NCBI GenBank assembly: GCA_964409515.1 | Contig: CAYPDY010000001.1 | Span: 6,072-63,393 of the forward strand | Direction of reading: 5' to 3' | Origin: an uncultured Dehalococcoidia bacterium | Lineage (GTDB): Bacteria > Chloroflexota > Dehalococcoidia > UBA2247 > RBG-13-53-26 | Length of the DNA: 57,322 nucleotides | Notes under the pieces: model-generated | Databases searched by the model: none | Told to the model about the DNA's origin: nothing | What the model saw: only the letters and a program-made list of their open reading frames with translations | Part shown: in pieces, positions 1 to 8,419 of the stretch | Position numbering within the stretch: the first letter of the stretch is position 1 | Layout: each line of letters begins with the position of its first letter | Program-made: the position numbers and the translations under genes

Positions 1-958
1 AGTCGCAGCACGGCTCGCCCTGCTCGGTCTTGGTGGGGAGCCCTATGGCGGGTCCCGGCCTCTGGCCCAGCACGACCACCATCGGTGTCTCGGTCATCGC
101 CGCCAGGCTCAGTGCCTCCACCATCAGGCAGAAGCCGCCGCCGGATGTCGCCGTCATGGCCCTGGCGCCGGCATAGGCGGCGCCGACCACCATGTTCGCC
201 GCCGAGATTTCGTCCTCGGCCTGCACTACCGGGACGTTGAATCGCCGCCCTTTGTCGGCAATGTATTCCAGGATGGTCGTGGTCGGCGTCATCGGGTATC
301 CGGCCACGAAATTGCATCCGGCTACCATGGCTCCCAGGGCCACGGCTTCATTCCCGGTCATCATGATCCTTCGGCCTGGCTCTCGCGGCAATATGTGGTG
401 CGATCCGCTGTTGGTCAAGTGCTGCCTTGCGTGGTCGTAGCCGGCGCGCGCTGCCGCCAGGTTGCCCTCCACGGTCTTCTCTCCATGTCGGCCAAACTCC
501 TCGCGCAGGACGGCTGATAGCAGTCCGAAGTCATAGTCCATCAGGCCGAATACGGCACCGACGGCGACTGAATTGGACATCAGCCGATCGCCGCCCGTCT
601 CGGTGGCCAGGCGCTCCAGCGGGACGTCCAGGAAGTGGTCGCCATTGGTTTCACTGACCTTGGTCTTTGTGCGGTCAAAGACGATGACACCAGCGGGGTC
701 CACCTCGCCCCTGTGGATGTCTATCGTCTCCGAGTTCAACGCCACGAGGATGTCGACCCTCTCGGTCACGGCCTGTATCTCCTTGTCGGCAGTCCTCACT
801 CTGGCAAAGCTGTGGCCCCCCCGTATCCTCGACTCGAAGTCCTGGCCGATGAAGACCTCATATCCTCCGCGCATAAGGGTCTTTCCCAGGACGAAGCTCA
901 TGGACTGTATCCCCTGTCCGGCTTCTCCGCCGATCATGATGCTGGTGTCGACTGCCAT
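1..958 (-). CDS. 2-oxoacid:ferredoxin (acceptor) oxidoreductase alpha subunit with N-terminal gamma-like domain; 3' part runs off the window
   Basis: Absent from the ORF track because it is open at the window edge. My reverse translation from ATG 958..956 (purine-rich GGGAGACAGGAGG directly upstream) reads MAVDTSIMIGGEAGQGIQSMSFVLGK...ESRIRGGHSFARVR (gamma-type domain). It continues MMTGNEAVALGAMVAGCNFVAGYPMTPTTTILE...AEDEISAANMVVGAAYAGARAMTATSGGGF (alpha N-domain). Exact start is approximate. Confidence 0.85.
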   Translation of the reverse strand, partial: MAVDTSIMIGGEAGQGIQSMSFVLGKTLMRGGYEVFIGQDFESRIRGGHSFARVRTADKEIQAVTERVDILVALNSETIDIHRGEVDPAGVIVFDRTKTKVSETNGDHFLDVPLERLATETGGDRLMSNSVAVGAVFGLMDYDFGLLSAVLREEFGRHGEKTVEGNLAAARAGYDHARQHLTNSGSHHILPREPGRRIMMTGNEAVALGAMVAGCNFVAGYPMTPTTTILEYIADKGRRFNVPVVQAEDEISAANMVVGAAYAGARAMTATSGGGFCLMVEALSLAAMTETPMVVVLGQRPGPAIGLPTKTEQGEPCCD

Positions 959-1145
959 CCTCCTGTCTCCCTTTCTGCCGCCCGGCAACTGCCAGGTCTG
1001 CTTCTTCAGACCGGTGCCGGGCGGCGCCGCAGCCTGAAGACAGTATGGCATCTTCCGGGCTGGCGGCCAGCCGTAGAACTAACTAGATGAAGCTTGTGTA
1101 AAATACGTATTCCGTCTGTTCCTGACCTGGGGAGCGTTGCCGGCA

Positions 1146-2459
1146 TCAGGAATGACTGGGAGGCGGCGCGCGCAAGCCGGAACACGACTCCGATGGCAGA
1201 ATCAGCCTGATCGCCCGCTCATACAGAAGGAAGTCCCAGGCCCAGTTGACCATCACCAGCACCCGGTTGCGGAAACCGATGAGGTTGAAGATATGCACTC
1301 CCAGCCAGAGCGCCCAGGCGCCAGTCCCACTGAACTCGCGTTGGCCGATTCGGGCCACTGCCGCCATGCGCCCGATGGTGGCCAGCGATCCCTTGTCCCG
1401 GTACCGAAACGGCAGAGGATCGGAAGCCTGCAGCTGGCGCTTAATGTTAAGCCCGGCCGCCTCCCCCTCCTGGATGGCGGGAGGGGCGGTGAACGGCAGA
1501 GGGCGTCCGTCTTTGTCCACGCGGGCGCAGTCGCCGATGGCGTACACCTCGGGATACCCGGGCACCTGCAGGGACGGCAAGACCTGGACTCGACCGTCGG
1601 CTGCCACCGGCAGGCCGGAGGTCTCCGCCAGGCCGTCCCCGCGCACGCCCGCTGTCCAGACCACAGTCCGGGTTGGTATGAGATTCCCGTCCTTGAGCTG
1701 CACCCCTCGGGGGGTAACGCGCGCTGCGGCGGCGCCCAGGAGTACCTCGATCCCCATTTTGCGAAGCCGCTGCAGGGCATAGTGGCGCAGGCGCTGGGGG
1801 AGATCAGCCAGAACGCTATCGGTGGCCTCAAGGAGCGCTACTCGGGCCTCACCCGGATTCAGCGCCGGGTAGTCTTTCATGGCCGGGCCCCGAACAAGCT
1901 CTGCCAGCGCCCCGGCAAACTCTACTCCGGTGGCACCGCCGCCGATGACCACGAAGGTGAGCAGACTCCGGCGGACTTCAGCATCGGTATCGCCGCCCGC
2001 CTGCTCCAGGCAGCACAGTATGTGGTTCCGCAAAGCGATGGCATGATCGAGTGTTTTCAGGGCAAAGGCATTCTCGGCGGCGCCATCCACGCCGTAGAAC
2101 CGGGTCGTGCTCCCGGTAGCCAGGATCAGGTAGTCGTACTCAACAGCGTGACCGGCCACCAGGAGTCTCCTGGCGCCGGGATCGATCCGCTCCACCTGGC
2201 CCATCAGGAAGCCGACATTCGGCATGCGGCGAAGGACGGTGCGCACGGGATACGAGATCTGCTCCGGTTCCAGCTCGGCCGCGGCCACCTGATAGAGGAG
2301 TGCATGAAAGGTGTGGTAGTTGTTGCGGTCGATGATGAGCGTGTCCACAGGGGAGCGGGCCAGCGCTCGAGCTGCGGACAGACCCCCGAAGCCCGCTCCG
2401 ACAATCACCACCCTGGGTCGTCCGCTCCGGCTGCCGTCCATACGGGGCGACCCGCTCAT
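1146..2459 (-). CDS. ndh: type II NADH:quinone oxidoreductase (NDH-2 family)
   Basis: ORF 1146..2537. It has RVVIVGAGFGGL and a second VVIGGGATGVE dinucleotide-binding motif, plus a hydrophobic C-terminal tail. Start trimmed to ATG 2459, which forms an ATGA overlap with the stop of the upstream VOC gene. Confidence 0.85.
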   Translation of the reverse strand: MSGSPRMDGSRSGRPRVVIVGAGFGGLSAARALARSPVDTLIIDRNNYHTFHALLYQVAAAELEPEQISYPVRTVLRRMPNVGFLMGQVERIDPGARRLLVAGHAVEYDYLILATGSTTRFYGVDGAAENAFALKTLDHAIALRNHILCCLEQAGGDTDAEVRRSLLTFVVIGGGATGVEFAGALAELVRGPAMKDYPALNPGEARVALLEATDSVLADLPQRLRHYALQRLRKMGIEVLLGAAAARVTPRGVQLKDGNLIPTRTVVWTAGVRGDGLAETSGLPVAADGRVQVLPSLQVPGYPEVYAIGDCARVDKDGRPLPFTAPPAIQEGEAAGLNIKRQLQASDPLPFRYRDKGSLATIGRMAAVARIGQREFSGTGAWALWLGVHIFNLIGFRNRVLVMVNWAWDFLLYERAIRLILPSESCSGLRAPPPSHS

Positions 2460-2926
2460 CGGGAGGCCATCATGGCCTTCATGCGCTTCTCCATCTCCTC
2501 CGGAGGTACGTCCTCGATGTGGGTTGCCAGCGACCACCAGAAACCGAAAGGGTCTGTAACGACGCCGTAGCGATCGCCCCAGAACATGTTCTCCACACCC
2601 ATCACCTGCCTGGCTCCGGCTTCCAGGGCGCGTTTGAATGATGCGTCCACATCAGCGACGTACAGATGGAGGGCCATCGGCGTGCCATTCAGGGTCGTCG
2701 GCGATTTCCGGCCGAACCTGGGGTCCTCATCGGCGAGCATGACTATGGAGTCGCCGATCTGGATCTCCGCGTGGAGAATGGATCCGCCCGGGCCGGACAT
2801 ACGACCCTTCTCGACGGCCCCGAAGGCCTTCTTGCAGAACTCTATCGCGGCACTCGCGCCGGTGACAGTCAAGTCCGGCGTGATAGTGTGGTACTCTCTC
2901 GGGATGGGATCGACTTTCTTGTCCAT
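2456..2926 (-). CDS. VOC/glyoxalase-family protein (PhnB-like)
   Basis: ORF 2456..3118 trimmed to MDKKVDPIPREYHTITPDLTV (GGAGGAGGAGGAAATGAG upstream of ATG 2926). Contains HAEIQIGDSIVMLADE and FWGDRYGVVTDPFGFWWSL, typical of this fold. The 64-aa N-terminal extension in the track is P/R/G-rich and lacks an SD. Confidence 0.8.
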   Translation of the reverse strand: MDKKVDPIPREYHTITPDLTVTGASAAIEFCKKAFGAVEKGRMSGPGGSILHAEIQIGDSIVMLADEDPRFGRKSPTTLNGTPMALHLYVADVDASFKRALEAGARQVMGVENMFWGDRYGVVTDPFGFWWSLATHIEDVPPEEMEKRMKAMMASR

Positions 2927-2984
2927 CTCATTTCCTCCTCCTCCAGATGCGAAAACTCGGCTGCCCGCTGCTCCGGGGCCTGGC

Positions 2985-3173
2985 TCACGACAGCGCCTTG
3001 GCGACCTGGGCCACCCGGTGGCCCAGGTACCTGGCCACCTTAGGGTCGCCGTCGGTCGGAGGCTTGTCGGCCCCGGGGCCGCTGACGGAAGTGGCTCCGT
3101 AAGGCGATCCGGCGCCAAAAAGGACGGGGTCGCCGTAGCCCGGTGTGACCACGATCATGCCGTGGTGATACAT
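2985..3173 (-). pseudogene. C-terminal remnant of a WrbA-type NAD(P)H:quinone oxidoreductase (flavodoxin-like)
   Basis: The 62-aa ORF MYHHGMIVVTPGYGDPVLFGAGSPYGATSVSGPGADKPPTDGDPKVARYLGHRVAQVAKAL aligns by eye with only the last third of WrbA (HHGM..V....GG(S/T)PYGA(S/T)...G..PS..EL..AR.QG..VA). Only 18 nt separate it from the stop of the next upstream gene, so no N-terminal flavodoxin part exists. Confidence 0.5.
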
Positions 3174-3191
3174 GGCGCCCCGTCGTGCTTC

Positions 3192-3437
3192 TCAGGTGAG
3201 GTCTCTCCTGATCTGGTCAAACTGCTCCCGGTTGATCTCTCCTCTGGCGTAGCGTTCCCTGGCGATGTCCAGCGGCGCGTTGGACTTCCTCCCCGCCGGC
3301 GAACTGGAGCCCCCTTGCCCCACCAGTCTGGCGACCACCCAGACCGCCAGAGCGATGATCGCGGCCCAGAAGAGAATCGTTAGAATGCCGCCAAACACCA
3401 TCCACCACCCCATACCTTCATGTGCCTGCCACATCAT
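3192..3437 (-). CDS. small membrane protein with C-terminal SHOCT domain
   Basis: Trimmed to MMWQAHEGMGWWMVFGGILTILFWAAIIALAVWVVARL (one TM). The C-terminal part is PLDIARERYARGEINREQFDQIRRDL (SHOCT-like). GAGGAGG lies 5 nt upstream of ATG 3437. Confidence 0.7.
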   Translation of the reverse strand: MMWQAHEGMGWWMVFGGILTILFWAAIIALAVWVVARLVGQGGSSSPAGRKSNAPLDIARERYARGEINREQFDQIRRDLT

Positions 3438-3725
3438 ATGGACCTCCTCGTTGGGTGAAACCCACCTGGATGAGAGTAACCCGCAACGACAGTATTGCAG
3501 GTGGTCCAGGGTGTCACTATTCGGCAATCTACTTAGCGGGAGGATGTGGATGGTACGTACTCGTTACGTAGAAACCACTAGCCCCGGCTAAGTACGTTCA
3601 CGAATGGTGATCTCGGTCCCGGGGCACCTAAACTGGTTGCATCTGCGGGTCGGACGGCCCTCTTGACGCTGTCTCCTGCGATATTGTTGTACTAGTGTTT
3701 TACTAAGAGGGGTGGTAGGGGGGAT

Positions 3726-4589
3726 ATGTGCGAGTTCTGCCACAAACACGGCGAAGGCCAGAAGTGGTACCTCCGGGCAGAGAACTACTGCGAGGACTTC
3801 CTTAGCGACGCCCGGCGGCGCAGGTTCATCGAGGGTTTCATCAGTGACCCGGAGTACTTCAGGCGGGCCCTGAGAAGGCTGGAGGGTCTGAGGCGGCTTC
3901 CGTCCTATGTTCGTGCAGTCGTCACTCCGTTCTCCGTGCACAGACAAAAGAGGTCTCACTTCGGGCAGGTCCTGCCCATCGAGGAAATTGAGCGCGTCTT
4001 TGGTTTCGTCAACTCCATCACCAGGCTCCCCTGCATGTGCCGTCAGGCCCTGCTGGGCAGCGAGCACCGGCACTGCTATGCGCTCAGCATGGTTCCGCGC
4101 GAAAGATCGCGGTTACTGGACGTGGTCCGGGCGGTGGATGCGAGCTACCTTACGGGTCCGGACACGGGCGGCCTGGAGGCGTTGTCTAAAGAGGAGGCCC
4201 TTGACAGCCTCAGGGCGCTCGAGACAAAGGGCCTCTGCCACACCGTTTGGACTTTCAGGACCCCCTTCATCGGAAGCATCTGCAACTGCGACCGGTCAGA
4301 TTGCGTGGCGATGCGGGCCACCGTCAACCTGGACTACCGAATGATGTTCCCGGCGGAGTACACAGCCGAAATCAACCCCGACCTGTGCAATGGGTGTCGC
4401 CAGTGCATGGGTGTGTGCCAGTTCGGGGCCATGGGGTATGGCCCTGCCCGGGAGAAGGTGGCGATCGATCCCAGGCGATGCTATGGTTGCGGCATTTGTC
4501 GTGCCAGCTGCACGCGGAATGCGATAGTGCTCAGGGAGCGCTCGCCTGTGCCTCTGGCACAAGGCGGGGTTGTGCTGAAGACCGGATGA
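3726..4589 (+). CDS. Cys-rich Fe-S protein with C-terminal 2x[4Fe-4S] ferredoxin domain, function unknown
   Basis: N-terminal MCEFCHKHGEGQKWYL. Internal LPCMCRQ and CNCDRSDC. Two ferredoxin motifs, CNGCRQCMGVCQFGA and CYGCGICRASCTRNA. Confidence 0.8.
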   Translation: MCEFCHKHGEGQKWYLRAENYCEDFLSDARRRRFIEGFISDPEYFRRALRRLEGLRRLPSYVRAVVTPFSVHRQKRSHFGQVLPIEEIERVFGFVNSITRLPCMCRQALLGSEHRHCYALSMVPRERSRLLDVVRAVDASYLTGPDTGGLEALSKEEALDSLRALETKGLCHTVWTFRTPFIGSICNCDRSDCVAMRATVNLDYRMMFPAEYTAEINPDLCNGCRQCMGVCQFGAMGYGPAREKVAIDPRRCYGCGICRASCTRNAIVLRERSPVPLAQGGVVLKTG

Positions 4590-4682
4590 CGTTCCCGCAA
4601 TACTGTTGGAGGCCGCGGGGTCACCGGAAGGATCAACCAGCAGAGTCGACACCCAGAGACTGGTTTATGAAAGGAGGCAGAC

Positions 4683-5018
4683 ATGGCGACCGTTGAGAAG
4701 AGGAGTCTGGATCAGCCCAAGGAGACGAAGAAGCTCGAGAAGGCGAAGATGGAGTCTGTCAGCGTCGCCGGTATCACCATTACCCGGGTCACTGCTGAAC
4801 CCGGCTGGCGGTGGTCCAGGAATCTAGGACCTGCGGCAGGGACAAAGAGCTGTCAGATGAACCATCTCATATATGTCGTTTCCGGTGGCCTCAAAGTGCG
4901 TATGGATGATGGGAAAGAAGAGGAGTTTGGTCCGGGTGACATAGGCAGTGTGCCTCCCGGACACGACGGCTGGACTCTCGGAGACAAGCCGGCGGTGTGG
5001 CTCGAAATCCCGCATTGA
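4683..5018 (+). CDS. cupin domain protein
   Basis: AAAGGAGG SD upstream of the ATG. Small beta-barrel-like sequence with HLIYVVSGGLKVRMDDGKEEEFGPGDIGSVPPGHDGW. Confidence 0.75.
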   Translation: MATVEKRSLDQPKETKKLEKAKMESVSVAGITITRVTAEPGWRWSRNLGPAAGTKSCQMNHLIYVVSGGLKVRMDDGKEEEFGPGDIGSVPPGHDGWTLGDKPAVWLEIPH

Positions 5019-5058
5019 CACCGCGAACACTGTTGGTGCTACGGACCACTGTCTCGCC

Positions 5059-5406
5059 CTATTTTGCGATGACGAAAGTGTGGGTGTGTCCACTATTGGA
5101 GGTTGACTCTGCGGTCACTTCCGCACCGCCCTGTATCGATTCGTAGTCCTGCGTGGTCAGAGTTATGCTGTGCGTGTGGCCACCCGAACGAGTGGTTTCG
5201 ATCGTCTTGTCTGCGGCAGGCGGGTTGTTGATGTCGGCGCCGTTGATGGTGACCTGATGGGTGTGGCCCGAATTGACGGAAGAGGTGATCGTGATATCGC
5301 CGGTGGACGCGGACTTGTCAGAACAGGCGAACCCAATCAGACTTCCGGCCAGTGCCACGACAAGTGCACTGACGGTTGCTGCTTTGACTAGCGTTCCATA
5401 AGACAT
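5059..5406 (-). CDS. lipoprotein with three internal (S/G)GHTH repeats
   Basis: Trimmed to MSYGTLVKAATVSALVVALAGSLIGFAC (signal peptide plus lipobox-like GFAC; GGAGGT SD). The mature part carries NSGHTHQVTI, SGGHTHSITL and NSGHTHTFVI. Confidence 0.7.
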   Translation of the reverse strand: MSYGTLVKAATVSALVVALAGSLIGFACSDKSASTGDITITSSVNSGHTHQVTINGADINNPPAADKTIETTRSGGHTHSITLTTQDYESIQGGAEVTAESTSNSGHTHTFVIAK

Positions 5407-5467
5407 GGTGACCTCCACTTCTGCTTGTATTGTCTGCCACGGAAGGCCAGCTTCGTTCGAAGACACC

Positions 5468-5716
5468 TCAGCGTGGCCAGCCGAGATACATGATGGCCAG
5501 GAATGCGTGCACGACTACCGAAGGCCACAACATGGCCCACAAGTAGCAGTGGTTTCCAAAGAACCGCTTGTACCACCCGATCTTCATCAATCTGCGTCCC
5601 GGCCTGCTCCCCGGAAGGCAACGGCACGACAGGAAGATGAGCAGGATCAGGACGAAGTTGAGTATCCCCAGGAAGAGGATCACCCTGGCTACCGCTACTG
5701 ACTGAAACGCGTCCAC
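5468..5716 (-). CDS. small two-TM membrane protein (hypothetical)
   Basis: GTG start with GGGGTG upstream. Two hydrophobic spans (VAVARVILFLGILNFVLILLIFL and CYLWAMLWPSVVVHAFLAIMYL). Lies 61 nt upstream of the lipoprotein gene on the same strand. Confidence 0.4.
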   Translation of the reverse strand: MDAFQSVAVARVILFLGILNFVLILLIFLSCRCLPGSRPGRRLMKIGWYKRFFGNHCYLWAMLWPSVVVHAFLAIMYLGWPR

Positions 5717-5806
5717 TTACACCCCACGCAGGTGGCGACGCCCCGTCGTGAACCCATGGCATCACAGTCGGCAAGGGGAAGCCGCTTCCCGGGGTCATTC
5801 ACCGAA

Positions 5807-6028
5807 TTACCGCGCTGACTTCGGGGGTTGCTTTCGGTGACCAACGATTCTGGAAGCCACCAGGTCGGGCCGGCTCACCACGTCTTCCGCCATGTGCTCC
5901 GTCTGGTCTCGCTGCTCTTGACACATGGCTTCAGCTCTGAACCAGTGCTCCTGGTCGCGTCCCTGGGGGTGGCCTTCGTCCTCCCAGATCCTGTAGGCGA
6001 TCTCTCTTACCTCGTCAGATCGGTGCAT
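5807..6028 (-). CDS. DUF2934-like small protein
   Basis: VREIAYRIWEDEGHPQGRDQEHWFRAEA matches the I-A-x-R-A-Y-x-x-W-E-x-x-G-x-P-x-G-x-D-x-x-x-W-x-x-A-E pattern of DUF2934. Confidence 0.7.
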   Translation of the reverse strand: MHRSDEVREIAYRIWEDEGHPQGRDQEHWFRAEAMCQEQRDQTEHMAEDVVSRPDLVASRIVGHRKQPPKSAR

Positions 6029-6066
6029 GATGATGTTCTCCCTTCTGCCTCAACATCCAGCTTTCC

Positions 6067-6753
6067 TCATGCGGCCACGCTGTCGGCCGTACCCGCGCCG
6101 CAGCGGCCCAAGCTCCAGATGAGGCCTGACATCAAGCGATAGGGGATGGTAACGAAGAGCTCCGTCGGGTCGTACTCCTGATATCTCCGTGAGGCATAGT
6201 CCATGAGACTGACGTTTATTTCACCGGTTACCAGGGGATAGGCGATCACCATGTGGCAAGTCGAGCCGGCGATCTCCGCCTTCGGCGGTTTCCCGCTGGG
6301 ATAGGTGGCCAGGGTGACCAGGCGGCAGGCCTGCTCCGGATTGCACAGGAAGACCACCAGATCGGGCGCCAGCTCCGCCTTCTCCAGCGGTGAGAAGACC
6401 ACGTAGTGCGCCCGACCGAGAGGAGGCTGAGACGTTGAGGACATGGTGCGTTTGACGGTGGCGGGAGAACAGAAGAGTCTCTCGCCGTTGACCAGGAACT
6501 CCTCCCACAGCAGGTAGATGTCATCTGCGGGGCGCGGCTCGAGACCCAGGTGCCAGGCTCCTCCCGGGCAGTTGCAGCTGTCCCGGTTCAGGCTCACGAC
6601 GGCGCCGGACCTCGCCTGGAGCAGCGCCTGGCACGCGGAGCGGCGCTGGCCGTTTGTCCCCGCGGGGGGCATCATGGAATAGGTCACCGCAATCGGGCTG
6701 CCCTTCAGGGCCAGCACTCGCTTGATCTCGGGTGAGTATCCCCTCCAGTCCAT
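6067..6753 (-). CDS. DUF169 domain protein
   Basis: Trimmed to MDWRGYSPEIKRVLALKGSPIAVTYS. Overall pattern (CQALLQARSG, CNCPGGAWHLG, AGSTCHMV) is typical of DUF169. Confidence 0.8.
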   Translation of the reverse strand: MDWRGYSPEIKRVLALKGSPIAVTYSMMPPAGTNGQRRSACQALLQARSGAVVSLNRDSCNCPGGAWHLGLEPRPADDIYLLWEEFLVNGERLFCSPATVKRTMSSTSQPPLGRAHYVVFSPLEKAELAPDLVVFLCNPEQACRLVTLATYPSGKPPKAEIAGSTCHMVIAYPLVTGEINVSLMDYASRRYQEYDPTELFVTIPYRLMSGLIWSLGRCGAGTADSVAA

Positions 6754-6919
6754 CAGCCGGGGCTCCCGGCTCTGACGCTCGCACCCATACCGCCTCCTCT
6801 CAGGTCCTCCACCAGTTTGCGTCGAGGAGCCGCGCCCAGACATCCGCAAGACTACTTAGTTGCGGGCTGTGGAGCCGACGTATATTCGCTGGTCCGCTGC
6901 AGATGCGGACGATCCTGGC

Positions 6920-8419
6920 CTACTCGTGCCGCAGCGTCTCCACCAACCTGACCATCGCCTCGGTGTCCCGCCCGCAGTACAGGAGCAGGTCCGCCCTCAG
7001 GTCCTGGCGGCGGTCGTCCGGGGTCGCCGGGTCGATGATCTCCGCATAGGCCAGCGATGCCGCCTGGCCGTCGGTGATCTCCAGGTCGTCATAGCCCAGC
7101 TCAGGCACCAGCGCCGGGAGGACCGCCTTCAAGGAGAATGACCCGTGGAAGTCGGGGTGGTAGCAGTTGCCCCGTACCAGGGGCAGCAGGTCCACAATGC
7201 GCTCGTCCAGCAGCGCGAGCAGGTCTTTCGACAGGTGGGGCAGGGCCTCCGCCAGCTCGCCGATGCGGGTTTCCTCGAACTTGGAGTAGACCACGATGGA
7301 TCCGGTCTCGCCCAGGGTCTTCAGGAGGCTCCTGGCCAGCGGCTCGCGGGGGTCGCCGGAGCCCTCGTGCAGGAACTCCCGGTGCGACAGCCTGCCGTCC
7401 GGGCCCAGAATGTGGTCTGACCACTGGAAGGGGATCACCTGGTAGGGATGTGTTCCGATGTACAGGGGGAGGGCCGGGTTGAACGACTCGAAATCCAGGA
7501 AGTGAACGGGGTACACCAGACGCTCCAGATCGCGGCGGATGGCCTGGTTGAGGTAGACCCGGTTGTTCACCACGCAGTCGCGGACCCGCCGCTGCATCTC
7601 GTTCAGCCCGGCGAAGCCGGGGTCGATCTGGCGGATGTCCTCGATGCCGCGCTCCTTCAGGAGCGACAGCAGCTTCTGGCTGGCCTTGGGGAGCTGACTG
7701 ACGGGATGCTCGGTTCCGCCCTCACTGCAGTAGTCAATGAAGGGGCACTCATGCGGGCTGGTGCACTGCCGGCCCGGCCTGATATCCGGCGGCACCGACC
7801 CCCGGAGCGCCTGTCGCATGGACTTGAGGTGCTCCGCTATCCCGGGCAGGTACCCCCGCACCTGTTCGGAGACATCCTCCACGGCGAAGAGCTGTTGCAC
7901 ATTGTAGCCGCCGCCGGGATAGGCGTAGTCCTTGTTCAGGTGGGCCAGGCAGGCCCGCCGCGGTTTCACCCCGGACCCCTCCAGGACGTAGAGCTGGATG
8001 GCCACGTCCGGGATGTGCTCCTCCTTCACGCTGGTGGTGGACTTCACCTCGACCAGGTCGTGCCGGCCCCCGATCGCGCGCGGCAGGATGTCGACACGGA
8101 CCCTGACATCATCGAAAATGAAGCCGGCCTCATAGACAGCCGGAACTGGGGGACCGGCGAGGACCGCCCTGGTGCCGGCAATGGCCTCGTTAATGTGGAG
8201 GTGGTCTTGCTCCATCAGGGTACCGCCGGGATACAGGTCCCGGGCCAGCTCTCCGACCCGGGTTCCGGCATCGAAGACCGCCTGCTGGGCTTCGTCCACC
8301 GGCGGCATCAGCTCCCGGTGGAGACTCTCCAGGTAGAGGCGCTTCAGACACTGGAGTCCCGCGTTGAAGCTGGACTTGGACAGCTTCGGTATCTGCCTGC
8401 GTATGGATGACTGGTTCAT
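6920..8419 (-). CDS. DUF2779-type protein: Cas4/AddB-like PD-(D/E)XK nuclease domain fused to DnaQ/RNase H-fold exonuclease-like domain
   Basis: N-terminal half has C24, D110, E124-V-K126, Q142-L-Y144 and C219-x5-C225-x5-C231. C-terminal half has FLD309-F-E311-SF and Y481-CGR-D485. The ATG overlaps the upstream stop (ATGA at 8416-8419). Confidence 0.85.
   Translation of the reverse strand: MNQSSIRRQIPKLSKSSFNAGLQCLKRLYLESLHRELMPPVDEAQQAVFDAGTRVGELARDLYPGGTLMEQDHLHINEAIAGTRAVLAGPPVPAVYEAGFIFDDVRVRVDILPRAIGGRHDLVEVKSTTSVKEEHIPDVAIQLYVLEGSGVKPRRACLAHLNKDYAYPGGGYNVQQLFAVEDVSEQVRGYLPGIAEHLKSMRQALRGSVPPDIRPGRQCTSPHECPFIDYCSEGGTEHPVSQLPKASQKLLSLLKERGIEDIRQIDPGFAGLNEMQRRVRDCVVNNRVYLNQAIRRDLERLVYPVHFLDFESFNPALPLYIGTHPYQVIPFQWSDHILGPDGRLSHREFLHEGSGDPREPLARSLLKTLGETGSIVVYSKFEETRIGELAEALPHLSKDLLALLDERIVDLLPLVRGNCYHPDFHGSFSLKAVLPALVPELGYDDLEITDGQAASLAYAEIIDPATPDDRRQDLRADLLLYCGRDTEAMVRLVETLRHE

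Noticed and set aside
1137-2570. 477-aa plus-strand ORF (with nested 1246..1782 and 1253..1831)
   Set aside because: It is antisense to the NDH-2 gene, whose product has clear dinucleotide-binding motifs. The plus-strand product is Arg/Pro/Gly/Ala-rich with no motifs. This is a typical high-GC shadow ORF.
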